64,000 nt of DNA from Candidatus Omnitrophota bacterium (GTDB taxonomy: Bacteria; Omnitrophota; Gorgyraeia; Zapsychrales; Fredricksoniimonadaceae): positions 34,207 through 98,206 of the forward strand of contig CAILQW010000040.1 of assembly GCA_903836515.1 (NCBI GenBank). The letters run 5' to 3'. The position numbers and the translations under genes were made by a program. Each line of letters opens with the position of its first letter. The first letter of the stretch is position 1. The notes beneath the pieces are model-generated. The model was not told the DNA's origin. It did no database searches and was given only the letters and a program-made list of their open reading frames with translations. Shown in pieces: positions 10,144 through 21,100 of this stretch.

Positions 10144-10166
10144 TTACAATAAAAATGATATTGTAA
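10144..10166. promoter_or_regulatory. Candidate operator: inverted repeat TTACAAT-N9-ATTGTAA in the AT-rich leader upstream of the ABC-transporter operon.
   Basis: The sequence ttacaat aaaaatgat attgtaa is seen directly at 10144-10166, inside the 113-bp AT-rich gap between the SBP gene start (10104) and the GH94-like gene end (10218). A LacI-family regulator is encoded nearby, but the spacing is atypical for LacI operators. Confidence 0.25.
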
Positions 10167-10217
10167 CACTGCCATTTTTATTTGTCAAAAAATACACGCC
10201 ATGTACAAGAATGTAAC

Positions 10218-12944
10218 TTAAACGCCCAAAACAACTTTAAACTCAATGTCTTGCCCTAAAGCCTGGATATCCCCGCGGCGGATGCGTACCGCACTCACGC
10301 CCCTGGCAGGAACCTTATGCCTGTGAAACGCAACAGCCTTGCCACCCGCTTCAACCGAACGAACCTGATACGCACCAGCCTCGCGCCGGTCCGGATTCAG
10401 GTAGGCCACCGTCACATGACTCCCGGCAAACGGCAGCCTGACCCTGGCTTCGCCCTTCCTATTAAATTCAGCAGCCGTCAGTTGCGGCGCGATCACAAGA
10501 TCCCCCGCCTCACCGCGAACACCGTAGGCCTGGGTCAAAAGCGTCAAAACATACCAGCTGGCAGACCCGGTCAAAAAATGATACATCCCGCAGCCAGCCG
10601 CATCAAAATATTCAGGGATCCCCGGATAAATCCGCGCATGAGGGGTGTCCATGCTCATCTGATACAAGGAATGCAGGACTTCATAGCCCTCGTGGGCCAT
10701 GCCTTGGGTGTACAGGGCATACGCGTACATGACGCACATATGGCTGAACACCGCGCCATTCTCCTTGGTACCGTAAGCAAAAGCAAAGGCGCGTCCGAAG
10801 GCCAGATAATGGCGCATCCCAAAATCCGTGTTAAGCCGATACCCGCCCTGCCCGGGATCTTTCAAAAATTTGCGCACCGCTTTAACAACCGCACGTGCCT
10901 CATCCGCGTCAACAACACCCTGCATGAGCGGGAACACCTGACCTGTGAGGGTCATCCGGATGATCCCGTCCTTCCTGCCCTCCACGCGTTCGCCATGATC
11001 ATCATAATACCCGTTGAACCAGGTAAAAACATCGCCGTCCGCTTCAACAGAAACTTTCTCTTGGCGGCGGATATGCGCCATCACCCATGTACCTTTCGCG
11101 CGCAAATCCTGGATGAGCTTTTCAACCTCAAGCGCAACAACCTTCCCGGAAACCACAGGCTGGACCGCCTTAAAATATCCGTCAAAAAGGCGTGCACGCT
11201 TGGCGGCGGCATCCGCGTAATCCACCCTTGTCCCCAGCGTATCAAGCAACACAAGAAGTTCCGCAGCGAGGGTCACTGTTTTCAGCCCCTTGTGGGCCGC
11301 CAGACGTTCCAGGAGGCTTGCAACCGCCAAAAGATTCCCGCCATAAAAAGCCATGAAGGTCACGCTCTCGCCACGGCGGAACGCCATGTCGAGCCCGTCG
11401 TTCCAGTCCGCACTTTCAAGGCGCGTGATATTGTGTTCACCAACATTAAAGAACTGGACCAGATTCTGGACGAGAATATGTTCCAACACCGTCCCCAAAT
11501 AGGGATTCCCGTTGTTGTCCTTGACCTGGTTCCCGCAGGAAGACGTCCAGGCCGTATTTTGCGCTAACGTGCGCGCCATCTGGGGATCGCAAAAATATGG
11601 CGCCGGCTCGAACAAAAAGGCATCATCACCTGTCTGGTCCACATAAAGCATGGTTGTCAATAACGGCCACACCCCATGGTCCATCCACACCCGCGTGATC
11701 GCATTACGGTCAGCGATGAACTCGCCGGGCTTCTGCCCGATGATGGTCGCATTCGTTCCGTCCAGGCGAATCCCGGCAAAATTGTTGAGCAGGTCCGGTC
11801 GTACGCCGGCAGGTTCAATGAGGATGAGCGACAAAAGATCCTGCCAGATATCGCGCCACCCCTTGCCGCCCTTGCCATAATCATGGTCGGGTAAAAACGA
11901 ACACCCAAAAATGCGTCGCAGCACCGGCTGGAGCGTCACCCAGCGCATCCAGCCGCTGAAAGCGGCATCTCCATTATCAAATGTGATCGCGGAGGTCTTG
12001 TCCGTCCAGAACGCCGCACAAGCTCCCAGCGCGGCGTCAAACTTCGCTGCCGTATTGAACTGATCAAAAGCGGCAATCGCTTCCTCACGGCTGGCTGCGA
12101 TCCCGATGGCCATGATAAAATCTTGTGTGGCCCCGGGGGCAAGTGCCGTATCCTGAAAACGAAGCGCACCGACGGCTTCATGGCCATGGCGCTCCACCGC
12201 CGGCAACACGCGCGGTGCGGCATCTGTCGCCACGGCGTGCGGATGATTAAAATCGTTTTCCCGTCCGTAAAAACTATCGCTCGTCGGGAAAGTCCCCGCC
12301 GGCATAGCGCCATTCCCCTGTGCCCCGAACACAAAATAAACATCGGAACAGGGCTTGTGGCCTTCCTCGTTGAAGCGCATGGTCGGTTCGACCACAACGC
12401 CCTGGGGCAATTGCGCGACACGGTTCAACAACGCGGTCACATGCTCATGATCGTGTTTATTGGCCAGGGATCGCGCAAAAATGGGGATCACCGCCGTAGG
12501 GGTAATGCCCAGCGTCTGCGCCGATATATTCCGCACACGAAACCGGGTCAACTCAAGTTTCTCGCCGGATACAGGAACAAAACTAAGCGCCTCCACTTCC
12601 AGCCCGAAGGCTGCGCGTGTCACCTTGTGCCACAACTGGCCAATCTCGACGGAAGAAACAACATCACCCTCTTTTGATGCCATGGCAAAGAGCCCTTTGC
12701 CGTTGATCCGCGCAAAAAAATTGCGTACCGGAATACGCAAATCCTCACGTGATGCCGGCTTGGTCAGATAGCGGTGTTTGTCGATCTTGATATCACCGGA
12801 AAGATACGGCGTGATGGCGGATTTGACCGACGCCCCGTCGATCCCGCACAACGGTGCATACAACAGCCGGTCCTGCGCGGCATGCGGCGGCACGCGGAAG
12901 GAAACTCCGTCGGGAAGAAAAGTGCAATGATCTTCGGCGGACAT
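10218..12944 (-). CDS. GH94-like (alpha/alpha)6-barrel glycoside phosphorylase (cellobiose/laminaribiose/chitobiose-phosphorylase-type); substrate not assignable.
   Basis: 908 aa with no signal peptide, so cytoplasmic. It contains ...RLESADWNDGLDMAF..., resembling the DWND catalytic-Asp motif recalled for GH94 phosphorylases. Its size matches the ~900-aa GH94 laminaribiose/cellobiose phosphorylases. It sits downstream of a sugar ABC importer, the usual context for disaccharide phosphorylases. RBS GGAGAGG lies upstream of the start at 12944. Confidence 0.55.
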   Translation of the reverse strand: MSAEDHCTFLPDGVSFRVPPHAAQDRLLYAPLCGIDGASVKSAITPYLSGDIKIDKHRYLTKPASREDLRIPVRNFFARINGKGLFAMASKEGDVVSSVEIGQLWHKVTRAAFGLEVEALSFVPVSGEKLELTRFRVRNISAQTLGITPTAVIPIFARSLANKHDHEHVTALLNRVAQLPQGVVVEPTMRFNEEGHKPCSDVYFVFGAQGNGAMPAGTFPTSDSFYGRENDFNHPHAVATDAAPRVLPAVERHGHEAVGALRFQDTALAPGATQDFIMAIGIAASREEAIAAFDQFNTAAKFDAALGACAAFWTDKTSAITFDNGDAAFSGWMRWVTLQPVLRRIFGCSFLPDHDYGKGGKGWRDIWQDLLSLILIEPAGVRPDLLNNFAGIRLDGTNATIIGQKPGEFIADRNAITRVWMDHGVWPLLTTMLYVDQTGDDAFLFEPAPYFCDPQMARTLAQNTAWTSSCGNQVKDNNGNPYLGTVLEHILVQNLVQFFNVGEHNITRLESADWNDGLDMAFRRGESVTFMAFYGGNLLAVASLLERLAAHKGLKTVTLAAELLVLLDTLGTRVDYADAAAKRARLFDGYFKAVQPVVSGKVVALEVEKLIQDLRAKGTWVMAHIRRQEKVSVEADGDVFTWFNGYYDDHGERVEGRKDGIIRMTLTGQVFPLMQGVVDADEARAVVKAVRKFLKDPGQGGYRLNTDFGMRHYLAFGRAFAFAYGTKENGAVFSHMCVMYAYALYTQGMAHEGYEVLHSLYQMSMDTPHARIYPGIPEYFDAAGCGMYHFLTGSASWYVLTLLTQAYGVRGEAGDLVIAPQLTAAEFNRKGEARVRLPFAGSHVTVAYLNPDRREAGAYQVRSVEAGGKAVAFHRHKVPARGVSAVRIRRGDIQALGQDIEFKVVLGV

Positions 12945-13036
12945 GGAAAACCTCTCCTGATTGAAGAAGGAACAAAAGGAAGGGTAATTTTAACTTGGAT
13001 TGAAATAAATAACAAGAAGAAAAAGGGAAGAGACGC

Positions 13037-13420
13037 CTACGCGCGAACCCCTTCTACCTTGGAAGAAAACTCGACCAGGCGGTGCAGCTTAAAAAGATTG
13101 ACCTTGTGAAATTCTATCCCGACATTCCATAACGAAGGGGCCTGGGAACTGGCCCAGCACACCCGCCCGTTGAGCGCCACAGGATCTTTACCGTCGGGAA
13201 GTTCCACCTCGATGGCAAGCATGTCATCCACAAAATAACGCTCGTGGGTATGAACCCGCACGCCGGAGCCTGAAAAATCCCTCAAAAAAACATCAACCCC
13301 ATAATCACGGGAAGAATCCTTGAACCGGGTGGGAAACTTTGCGGACAAACGTTCAAACAGGCGGCGTTCACCCGCCTCGTAACCTTGCGCATTTTCTTTT
13401 TTACTGTTTTCAAACCCCAT
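13037..13420 (-). CDS. PilZ-domain protein (c-di-GMP receptor).
   Basis: 127 aa. It has both PilZ signatures: RxxxR (RRLFER) and D/NxSxxG (DFSGSG). Confidence 0.75.
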   Translation of the reverse strand: MGFENSKKENAQGYEAGERRLFERLSAKFPTRFKDSSRDYGVDVFLRDFSGSGVRVHTHERYFVDDMLAIEVELPDGKDPVALNGRVCWASSQAPSLWNVGIEFHKVNLFKLHRLVEFSSKVEGVRA

Positions 13421-13461
13421 GGGAACGACCTTTGTGCCAACGTCTTTAAAAAATCGTATTT

Positions 13462-13815
13462 TCAGGCCGCCATTTCGCGATGCAAAAAACGTGTATTGAG
13501 CGTTGCATCTATATCTGACTGTGCTCCATCGATCACATCCTCAAAGATAAGCCCGATCCGGTATTGTTCTGTTTGCCCGATCTTGCGCACCCATTTAACC
13601 TGGCCTATAACCAGGACAGGATCTGTGTCAGGCTTAAGAACCAGTTCAATGGCCACTTTTTCATTCAATGGCACTTGATGGTTGGATATGAAACCAATAC
13701 CATCACGGCTGATATCCACTGTTTTAGTGCTGGTGAATATTGCGCCCTCTTTCCCATCTACCGGGACAGCGCAATCAAAACGTGTGGACCTTCTTTTATC
13801 AGCATTATTTTCCAT
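13462..13815 (-). CDS. PilZ-domain protein (c-di-GMP receptor), paralog of the adjacent gene.
   Basis: 117 aa. RRSTR (RxxxR) and DISRDG (DxSxxG) motifs. Confidence 0.75.
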   Translation of the reverse strand: MENNADKRRSTRFDCAVPVDGKEGAIFTSTKTVDISRDGIGFISNHQVPLNEKVAIELVLKPDTDPVLVIGQVKWVRKIGQTEQYRIGLIFEDVIDGAQSDIDATLNTRFLHREMAA

Positions 13816-14175
13816 AGTTTTATTTTAATACTCTCATGTCTGTTTGCAAGCTATTTTATTATATTTATACTTTTTTAAATGATTACCCACAAACAACTTA
13901 TGTGCACAAACCACAAAACAATGTCTAAACATCGGTAAAATCAACCCAAATACAATATTTTTACAAATAAACCGCCAGCGTCTTTTTCATTTTTCCTTAA
14001 AAATGACCAAACATCAACAATTGGCTATAGTTACGCTCCAAGTAAATACCCCGGATAAATACAAGTATGACATGAAAACGTTTTCGCGCAACCCAAAAAC
14101 CAAAAAAAGTGAAAATTTTTCTACTTTGGCGGCTTATACGGCTATAATCGAATCAATATCATAAGGATAATAAAT
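13816..14175. promoter_or_regulatory. AT-rich divergent intergenic region (promoters for the PilZ gene leftward and the small-ORF/cvpA pair rightward).
   Basis: ~360 bp of markedly AT-rich sequence between divergently oriented genes. AAGGA lies 7 nt before the ATG at 14176. Confidence 0.4.
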
Positions 14176-14364
14176 ATGCGTAAGAAACCAAAAGAAAAAA
14201 TTCCTTTCCAGGAATATCAGCGCATGAAGGCGCAGGATGCCAAACGTAAATTCAAAATCAAGTTCTACCCTTGGCCGGTCATGGCGACTATTTTGCTCCC
14301 GGCCATTCTCATGATCTTCATGCTGATTTATTATTTCTCCAGTATCCGCAATATGCCCGAATGA
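14176..14364 (+). CDS. Small (62 aa) single-pass membrane protein, translationally coupled to cvpA.
   Basis: Basic N-terminus (MRKKPKEKIP...KRKFKIKF) followed by one TM helix (WPVMATILLPAILMIFMLIYYF). Its stop TGA overlaps the downstream ATG (ATGA), and it has its own RBS. Confidence 0.55.
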   Translation: MRKKPKEKIPFQEYQRMKAQDAKRKFKIKFYPWPVMATILLPAILMIFMLIYYFSSIRNMPE

Positions 14365-15098
14365 ATATGCCTGTCACAGACACCGTTTTTCTGATCACCC
14401 TCGCACTCCTCGCTGTCAGAGGCGCTTGCCGCGGCTTTCTGCGCACCCTCGTCGGGCCAATGGCATTCCTGGCCTCCTGCGGCTTGAGCAGTGCATGGCT
14501 TGCCCTCACGCACAAAACCTTTGAAAGCCTCCTCATCCTCCTGATCGGACCGCTGGTCATCGGATGGATCCTCCATCTTTGCCTGCGAAAGAATGTTACC
14601 CCGAATAACCCGCCCAAACTTTCATTGCTCAGCCGCACCAGCGGCGCCATTATCACCATGGCCTGGGGCGGGGCCATGGCCCTTCTGGTGGTCGCCATCC
14701 TCATCATCCTGCCGCTGAAGTCCCTTGGCCTGGGGGATATCGCACGGGATGTCCAACGTTCAACCACGTATGCTTTATTCAAAAAACCTCTTCAAGCCTG
14801 GCGTATTATCCCCCCCAGCGAAGTCCAGGAATGCCTGAGTGGTCTGTGCGGCACGCCCCCTAAAACCCAGGCATCACTCGCTTCAGACCAGGATATCCAA
14901 GCCCTAATGAATGATCCACGTCTTCAAAAGCTGCTTGCCGATCCCGCCACGCAAAAAGCCATCAAGGAAGGCAACATCCCTGCCCTGATGGCCAACCCTG
15001 ATCTGCTCAAACTCGCGCAAGATCCCGCGCTCGTCACCAGAATGCTCCGCGTGTACCCCAAGATCAAGGAAGCCAGAAAACCATCACCCGCCCCCTGA
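14361..15098 (+). CDS. cvpA: CvpA-family membrane protein with a C-terminal STI1-like helical repeat tail.
   Basis: Start taken at MNMPVTDTVFLITLALLAVRGACRGFLRTLVGPMAFLAS, a typical CvpA N-terminus with ~4 TM helices. The C-terminus has repeated motifs (LMNDPRLQKLLADP / ALMANPDLLKLAQDP). The longer ORF-track start at 14271 is rejected because it overlaps the small ORF without an RBS. Confidence 0.7.
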   Translation: MNMPVTDTVFLITLALLAVRGACRGFLRTLVGPMAFLASCGLSSAWLALTHKTFESLLILLIGPLVIGWILHLCLRKNVTPNNPPKLSLLSRTSGAIITMAWGGAMALLVVAILIILPLKSLGLGDIARDVQRSTTYALFKKPLQAWRIIPPSEVQECLSGLCGTPPKTQASLASDQDIQALMNDPRLQKLLADPATQKAIKEGNIPALMANPDLLKLAQDPALVTRMLRVYPKIKEARKPSPAP

Positions 15099-15181
15099 TG
15101 ATCACCATCCCTTACGGGAATCCAGGCAAAATTTCTACATAGACTTTTTTGGGATCGAGGCTTAGTGCCGAGAGCGCACCG

Positions 15182-18100
15182 TCACAAAGTGTCCACAGCC
15201 CCGTCCTTGGACTTGGCTGGCAGGCGGGAATCCTGGAAAGAAACGGCAGGCTTCGCACTGCCGCCCATGATCCACGGGAATCTTGGCTTTAACAGCAACG
15301 GGTCATCCAGCAACACAGGCGCCCAAGCGGGTGTCTCATTCGTTTTCCATATGCTCGGAGCGCTCGGCGGAATGATCGCCGTCTTGCTGTCAGCAGGTGA
15401 CGGCCTGTCCGTCACGATCTCTCCCGGGTCATCAATCAACCTTAGTTTGCTATCTGTCTCATTCTCGAAAGTGCTGCCATTGTCTTCCGCAGCACTGACA
15501 GGGCGGTGGATAAAGACGGGTTCCGGCGGCTTGGCATCGAGCGGATTGCCCGGCTTCACCAAATCTTCGGGAACCTTGTGATCCGGATCAAGCCACCAGT
15601 AACGCGCATTAAACACCGCCTTCTCCTGGGCCGTAGGCTCAACGTCCCTGATGCTCCGGCTCAACTTCAACAGCTCGGCCTGCAGCTGCTTCACCTTGAT
15701 CTCGCGACGCCTGTACTCGCCGATCAGTTTACGGGATTCCAGCTTGATGGCCAGCGCCTCGTCATCGGGCGCAACCATACGGCGTTCACGTTCGGCCACG
15801 GCCTCGCTCTGATAAACAACCTGGCCTTTTTCATTCAGGGCATATTCCCACTTGGCGAGGTATTCCACAAACTTCTCTCGGGTCAACTTCTTGTGGCGAT
15901 ACCGGCGCAGCATGGTCTTGACCGCCGGATTCAAATGCTTGATCACAAGATCCCCGGCATTCACCACGCCATACCCGAAGGACGAATGCAGCGCGGCCAT
16001 CACCTTGGCCGCACCAGCCTTGCCCAGCGCGATCGTCAACACTTCCTGGACCACCGGCAAGCGTTCAAGGATCGACGGCACCTCTTTGATAATATCGCGC
16101 ACCAGTTTCGTCACATCATCCTCACGCCCGGCCAGTTTGGCCAGGACCGTAATAGCCTTGTCCAGATCCGCCTTCAGCGCATTTTTGACAATGGACTTCC
16201 GTGCCCCCGCCACAATAGTACCCAACAGCATCAACGGATCATTGGTGTACTTCTTCAGATAAAACGCAAACCATACCGGATCATCCATATCAACCAGCTG
16301 AATCCCGCATTTAAGCTTCTTGGCTGAAGTGGCCGACGTGCGGAAGGAGGAACCAAACTGGTCCTGGTCTTCCGGCGATGAAATATCTTCTCCCCCGAGA
16401 ACCGCCGTAAGCATCGAATAGCGTTTCAGAAGGCCAATCTGTTCCTCCGTTGGATTCTCGCTATCAAACGCTGTTTTAATATCTCTCAGGCGTTTCAACT
16501 GAAGATTGGTCAACGTTAAAAGTTGCGCCAAGCTGGCCCTGACAACCGCCTGCGCCCGCCCGGCATCCAGGCGTCCCGTATCAATGCCCCTGTTCCTTAA
16601 AAGGACATCCGCAACCTCAAAAAAACGTTGGCGCGCCTGCGGATCAGAAGGCGTATTGCTACTCAAGAAATCTTCCAGCATCTGAGGTGTCGGGATTTGT
16701 GTGATGGTGGTAATCGTGCGTATGGCCGGCTGGACAAACGGCTGTAAAGAGTACCAGGACGGCGCAACGGGTAAAGTAGGCTTGGGCACAACCGGCAGAA
16801 TCAACGCTGGCGAGGCGGCAGGTTCAGCAGAAGCTGCCGCTTTCATCGCATTACCAAGAACCCCTTTCCTGAAGAAGTTCTCAACCCATTCAAACCAAGA
16901 ATCCGTCCCAGCCTCACCATGATCCACAGCCTGGGAATGATCTGCCGCCATAAAATGACAGATCCTTTCAACAGCTTGTTGACGGATATCCGGTTGCGTG
17001 ACCACGTCTGTCGCCGCCTTGACAAGATTCTCGCGTACCGACCAAGACATCTCCTTCAGCTCGCTTTCCTGTTCCAACGACATCCACTCCACAGCGAGTT
17101 GCTGCTTGTCTTCCCCACTAACGGCCCTCTCCATTATTTCTTTACTCTTGTGCTTTCTTTTCTGCGCCAAGGTATCTGCCAATCCTTCCTGTAATATCGC
17201 CAAATAATAATAAATATCTCCCGAAACAGTCTTCCTGGATTTCTCTATCCCATCGATAAGAACCTGTTGCTCACCAATGCCATCTCTTAATAATTTCTCT
17301 CCCCCTACCGACTCTCCTGAACGTTGCTTTTCAAGCGCATCAATAACTTTATCTGTAATATTCTTGCTTTCCTCACTCCCCTTCCCCGCCCCAAAATTAA
17401 ATTTTGTCAGCAGTTTTCTCCCTTTGGACAGAGGGAATAACTCGCCAGCCTTGGCATCAGCAGGCACAGCCCCGGCAAAAGCGGCCACAGCGGCCATTTG
17501 AACACGAATTCTTTCTTCATCTTCCAATGCCACAGGAAGGATTTTTTCTTTATAAGTTAACAAGCTGATCGTTCCTTCGGCAGAAATCTTGACGCTATTT
17601 TCCGGTACTTTATCTTTTTTCTTGTCTGTATAAATAAATGTTCCATCACTGTTTTCCTGGGGCCGCTGATCCGTTTCGGCAAAAATCAATCCGAGCGCTT
17701 TCAGCTTCAAAGGATCATCCCAATATTCCGGACGATCCATAGCATTCTTTGCAGCCGCGTGCACACGAGGATCCGTTAAATTTTGACCTGCCTGAATCAC
17801 AAGCGTCTGCCGTGCAAACTCAAGACACGCACGTTCAATCACCGGAACAAGTGCGGCCGTCAAAAAAGCATCCACAGGCGTTTTTTGTGTGAACTCATCC
17901 GGCAGAGGAACAAAAATATCTTCATCCGGCAAATGAATACGGGCCATAAAGGGACCCTGCTTGCCATCACCGACCACCGCAACCACTTGTTTCAGGTGCT
18001 CGGCGGATGCGCCCGCCACAGCAAGCTTGGCCAATGTATTAAGCACTTCTTGCAGACGTTCTCCCTGCCGGGTAAGCCACCGCGATTCGGCCTGCCCCTC

Positions 18101-21100
18101 GGTGATATTATCCATCGCTTTTTCAAGAACCTCGGCATTTGAATTCTTCACGACCTCTTGATACGCGATCATTGAAGCGCCACCCTTGGCTGCAAATAAC
18201 GGGAGGGTAACAACAACAGCCCCAGGTAAATACCTGGTGTTGTTGTCGGTCTGTACTTTCCACTGCGCCACAACTGCCTTAAGGGCTTCCTGCGCCTTGT
18301 AACTGTCCGCTTCAAAGTGCGCCACCGCCAGGGTGCCTTCTTTCCCTGACTGGCTGGCCGCCAGATAGCCAACGATATCCCCTTTGGCATCACGGACCAC
18401 AAGGTTCAACGCATCACTGCTGGACAAGAGATCTCTGATCTCGTCGGCCTTCTTCGTGTCCGGATTCTTCTTCTGATACCGGGCCACAAGATCCTTGATC
18501 AAATCCCCATCCTGATGACCCACCGGCGTCACCGTGTAACCCTTGGGAACATGCGGGGCAATATTCTTGACAAACTTGTCCTTGTTATCGACGAACTGCA
18601 TCGCAGGGGTTGTCCAGGTAGCCGTCGTCCCGTTCAGCGACGCACCGATCCTGGACTGTACCGCATTGAACCTGATCCAGTCAATGGACACCTCCTCGGC
18701 CTTCTTCTCATCCGGCAAATTGATCTTCCAGGTCCTGTCCGGTTGTAATGCAATGTTACCCACCTCACGCAATTCTTTCTCAATATCATCTTTCTTTTCT
18801 TCCGGATAATCTTTCTGACGCTGCGCTACAATCTTCGGATCAATATAGGCTGTTCTTGCAACCACCCTTTTCATCACATCGCCTTCTTTTTCAACGTCAA
18901 TCACCGCACAGCCCATGACCTTCATTAACCTGTCGGCACGTTCAATATACGCTGCATCCGTCAGCCCACTTAAATACTGATCCACCATCTGTGTGAGCTG
19001 TACCGTCTCGGCAGGATGTTTCTGGGATATCATCCCCAGAAGCGCCGAACGCCTCGACATCTTGGCAGACTGTTGAGCCGATGACTTCAATATTTTCAGC
19101 ACCTCCGCCTTACGTTCCGCCGCCGGAATATCGGCAGAAATATAAACTTCCTGGGTATTCTTTTCACCTTGCACCGTATAAGGGATCGTCACCACGACAT
19201 TCTTGGTATTTTCGGTCACAAAACTGGCAATGTCTTGCGTACTCTCAACCACCTTGATCGCCTGTCGGAAAGAGAATTCGGACGCCTGCGCAAAACGGGT
19301 CATGCGCGCAATGGTTTCCGTAATGGCCCGGGCATGATCCCTGGCCTCACGGATATCACCCGCCTCGTACGCTTCATGCAAAAACTGCATTTTACCCTTA
19401 AAAACAAACCCGGGGAGAACCTTGTTGGCCTTCTCCAAAAATTCAGTAAAATCCTTATGAAGAACATCTTTAAGAAATTCCGGGATTTCCGGCTTACCAT
19501 CGGGCTTGAATTTCATACCGAACATTTCCAGGTAATGCGCAAAGATCTCTTCATTGGAGAATTGCTCCCAATAAATATCTTCCCCCTGCCCCAACAGTCG
19601 TCCGATAAGGTCGTAACGCGTCAGGCGTGACTGGACAAACGCACCGCCTTGCCCTCGCCCCTTCATGACTTTGTTATATTCATGGAACAGTTCGTGCAGG
19701 AAAACACCCGCTTCATCGAACTTGACCAGCCCCTTGATCAGCGACAGCCCCAGCGCCGATCCCAATTTGAAGTGATCCTCTGTCGACTGGGCCGCTGATT
19801 TAGCCGCATCCAGCGCTGGATCAAGAAGCAGGTCTTTATTGAATTCCTTTTTTATAAATCCAACGATTTGCCCAAAACTGGCGGCTCTTTTTCCCAACGG
19901 CACGCCCTCCGGCGTTTCTGGTGTCTCATCCATCGATTCCAATTGAACCGCATAGCGCATGCCGGACTGATGCGCGATCTGGCCAAGCGTTGCATCCTTG
20001 TTGACCGGAGTACCTTTTTCAGTCATGGGGATAACACTCGCTTTAACGCGGAACAAATTTGCATATTGATTCACTGACGCAGCGTAATCCATAGCCTGTT
20101 GACGCGACGCCCCTTGAGTGGCCAAGAACGACTGGTAATCACGCGTTAATTTCTCCCCGACCCTGACCTGCTCGGCCATAGCGCTTTCAAACTCTTCGGC
20201 GGCCACAGAATAACCGTAGGCGTGCTTAACCAGTGTCATGTTCAGGCTCTCGGCCTTGTCCTTGATCGCTGCATTATCCTCAAAATTGTAATAGTAACCA
20301 TTTTTGGCCGCATCCCACTGCCGGACGAAAATACGGTCATCCCAGAACCAGCCGATACGGGACATGTTCCGGCTGACCATCTCGCCGGTGGTGTTATCGA
20401 TCGTGGCTCCCTTAAGATCGAGGCCAGCCCCAGCCTCGGCCCCTTCCGGCACGCCACCCATGATCTTGAACAGGCCCCGTTGGTACCCCTCTTCCAGTGA
20501 CGCGAACTTCATGCTCTCCTGGCCAAAAGCCCGCGCGACCTTGATCTTGCCATCCTCCCCTTTATAAGCAACCTTGACATTGGCAATATCGGTGGCCACG
20601 ACGCCGTCTTGGGCAATATACGAATGCCCATCCCGGATCACAACGCCTTTGCCGTGCACCACGAACATTTTCTTGCCACCTTCTTCATTATAATAACCGA
20701 CCTTGTCGCCCTTGGCGATCTCCCTGCCGTTAAGAAGAATCGGCGCCTCATTGGCCACCTCGGCATCGGCCATCACAAGCTCGGGGCCTTGCATCTTCAT
20801 TTTTAATTTCAGACGCAGTTCATCGCGACGCATATCCGCATGCTCGATCTTCTCGCTGACCAGTGCTTCAAATTCAAACAAATTATTGTTCTTCAAAGCG
20901 CTTTCTTTCATCTCTTCTTTAATAGAATTCTGGTACAAAACCCCTTCGAACAAAACCCCGCGAACATTCTGCTGGGCATCATAGAATGCCTGATACTTAT
21001 AACCTTGTTTTGTCCCGCTGACCGGCGTCACCAGTTCTAAGCTCTCTGCTTTGCCCAAGCCAAGTGCCGCTCCAATACGTACAAGATCCTCTTTTTCTAT

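Noticed and set aside
15099-15181. Possible bidirectional terminator in the 83-bp gap between convergent cvpA and the giant gene (T-run ctacatagacttttttggg).
   Set aside because: There is a T-run but no convincing upstream GC-rich hairpin, so it is left unannotated.
19682-19696. Assigning a zinc-metalloprotease function to the giant protein from the HELFH motif.
   Set aside because: HEXXH occurs by chance at appreciable frequency in a 7270-aa protein. No third zinc ligand or Met-turn context was recognised, so it is kept only as a low-confidence sub-feature.
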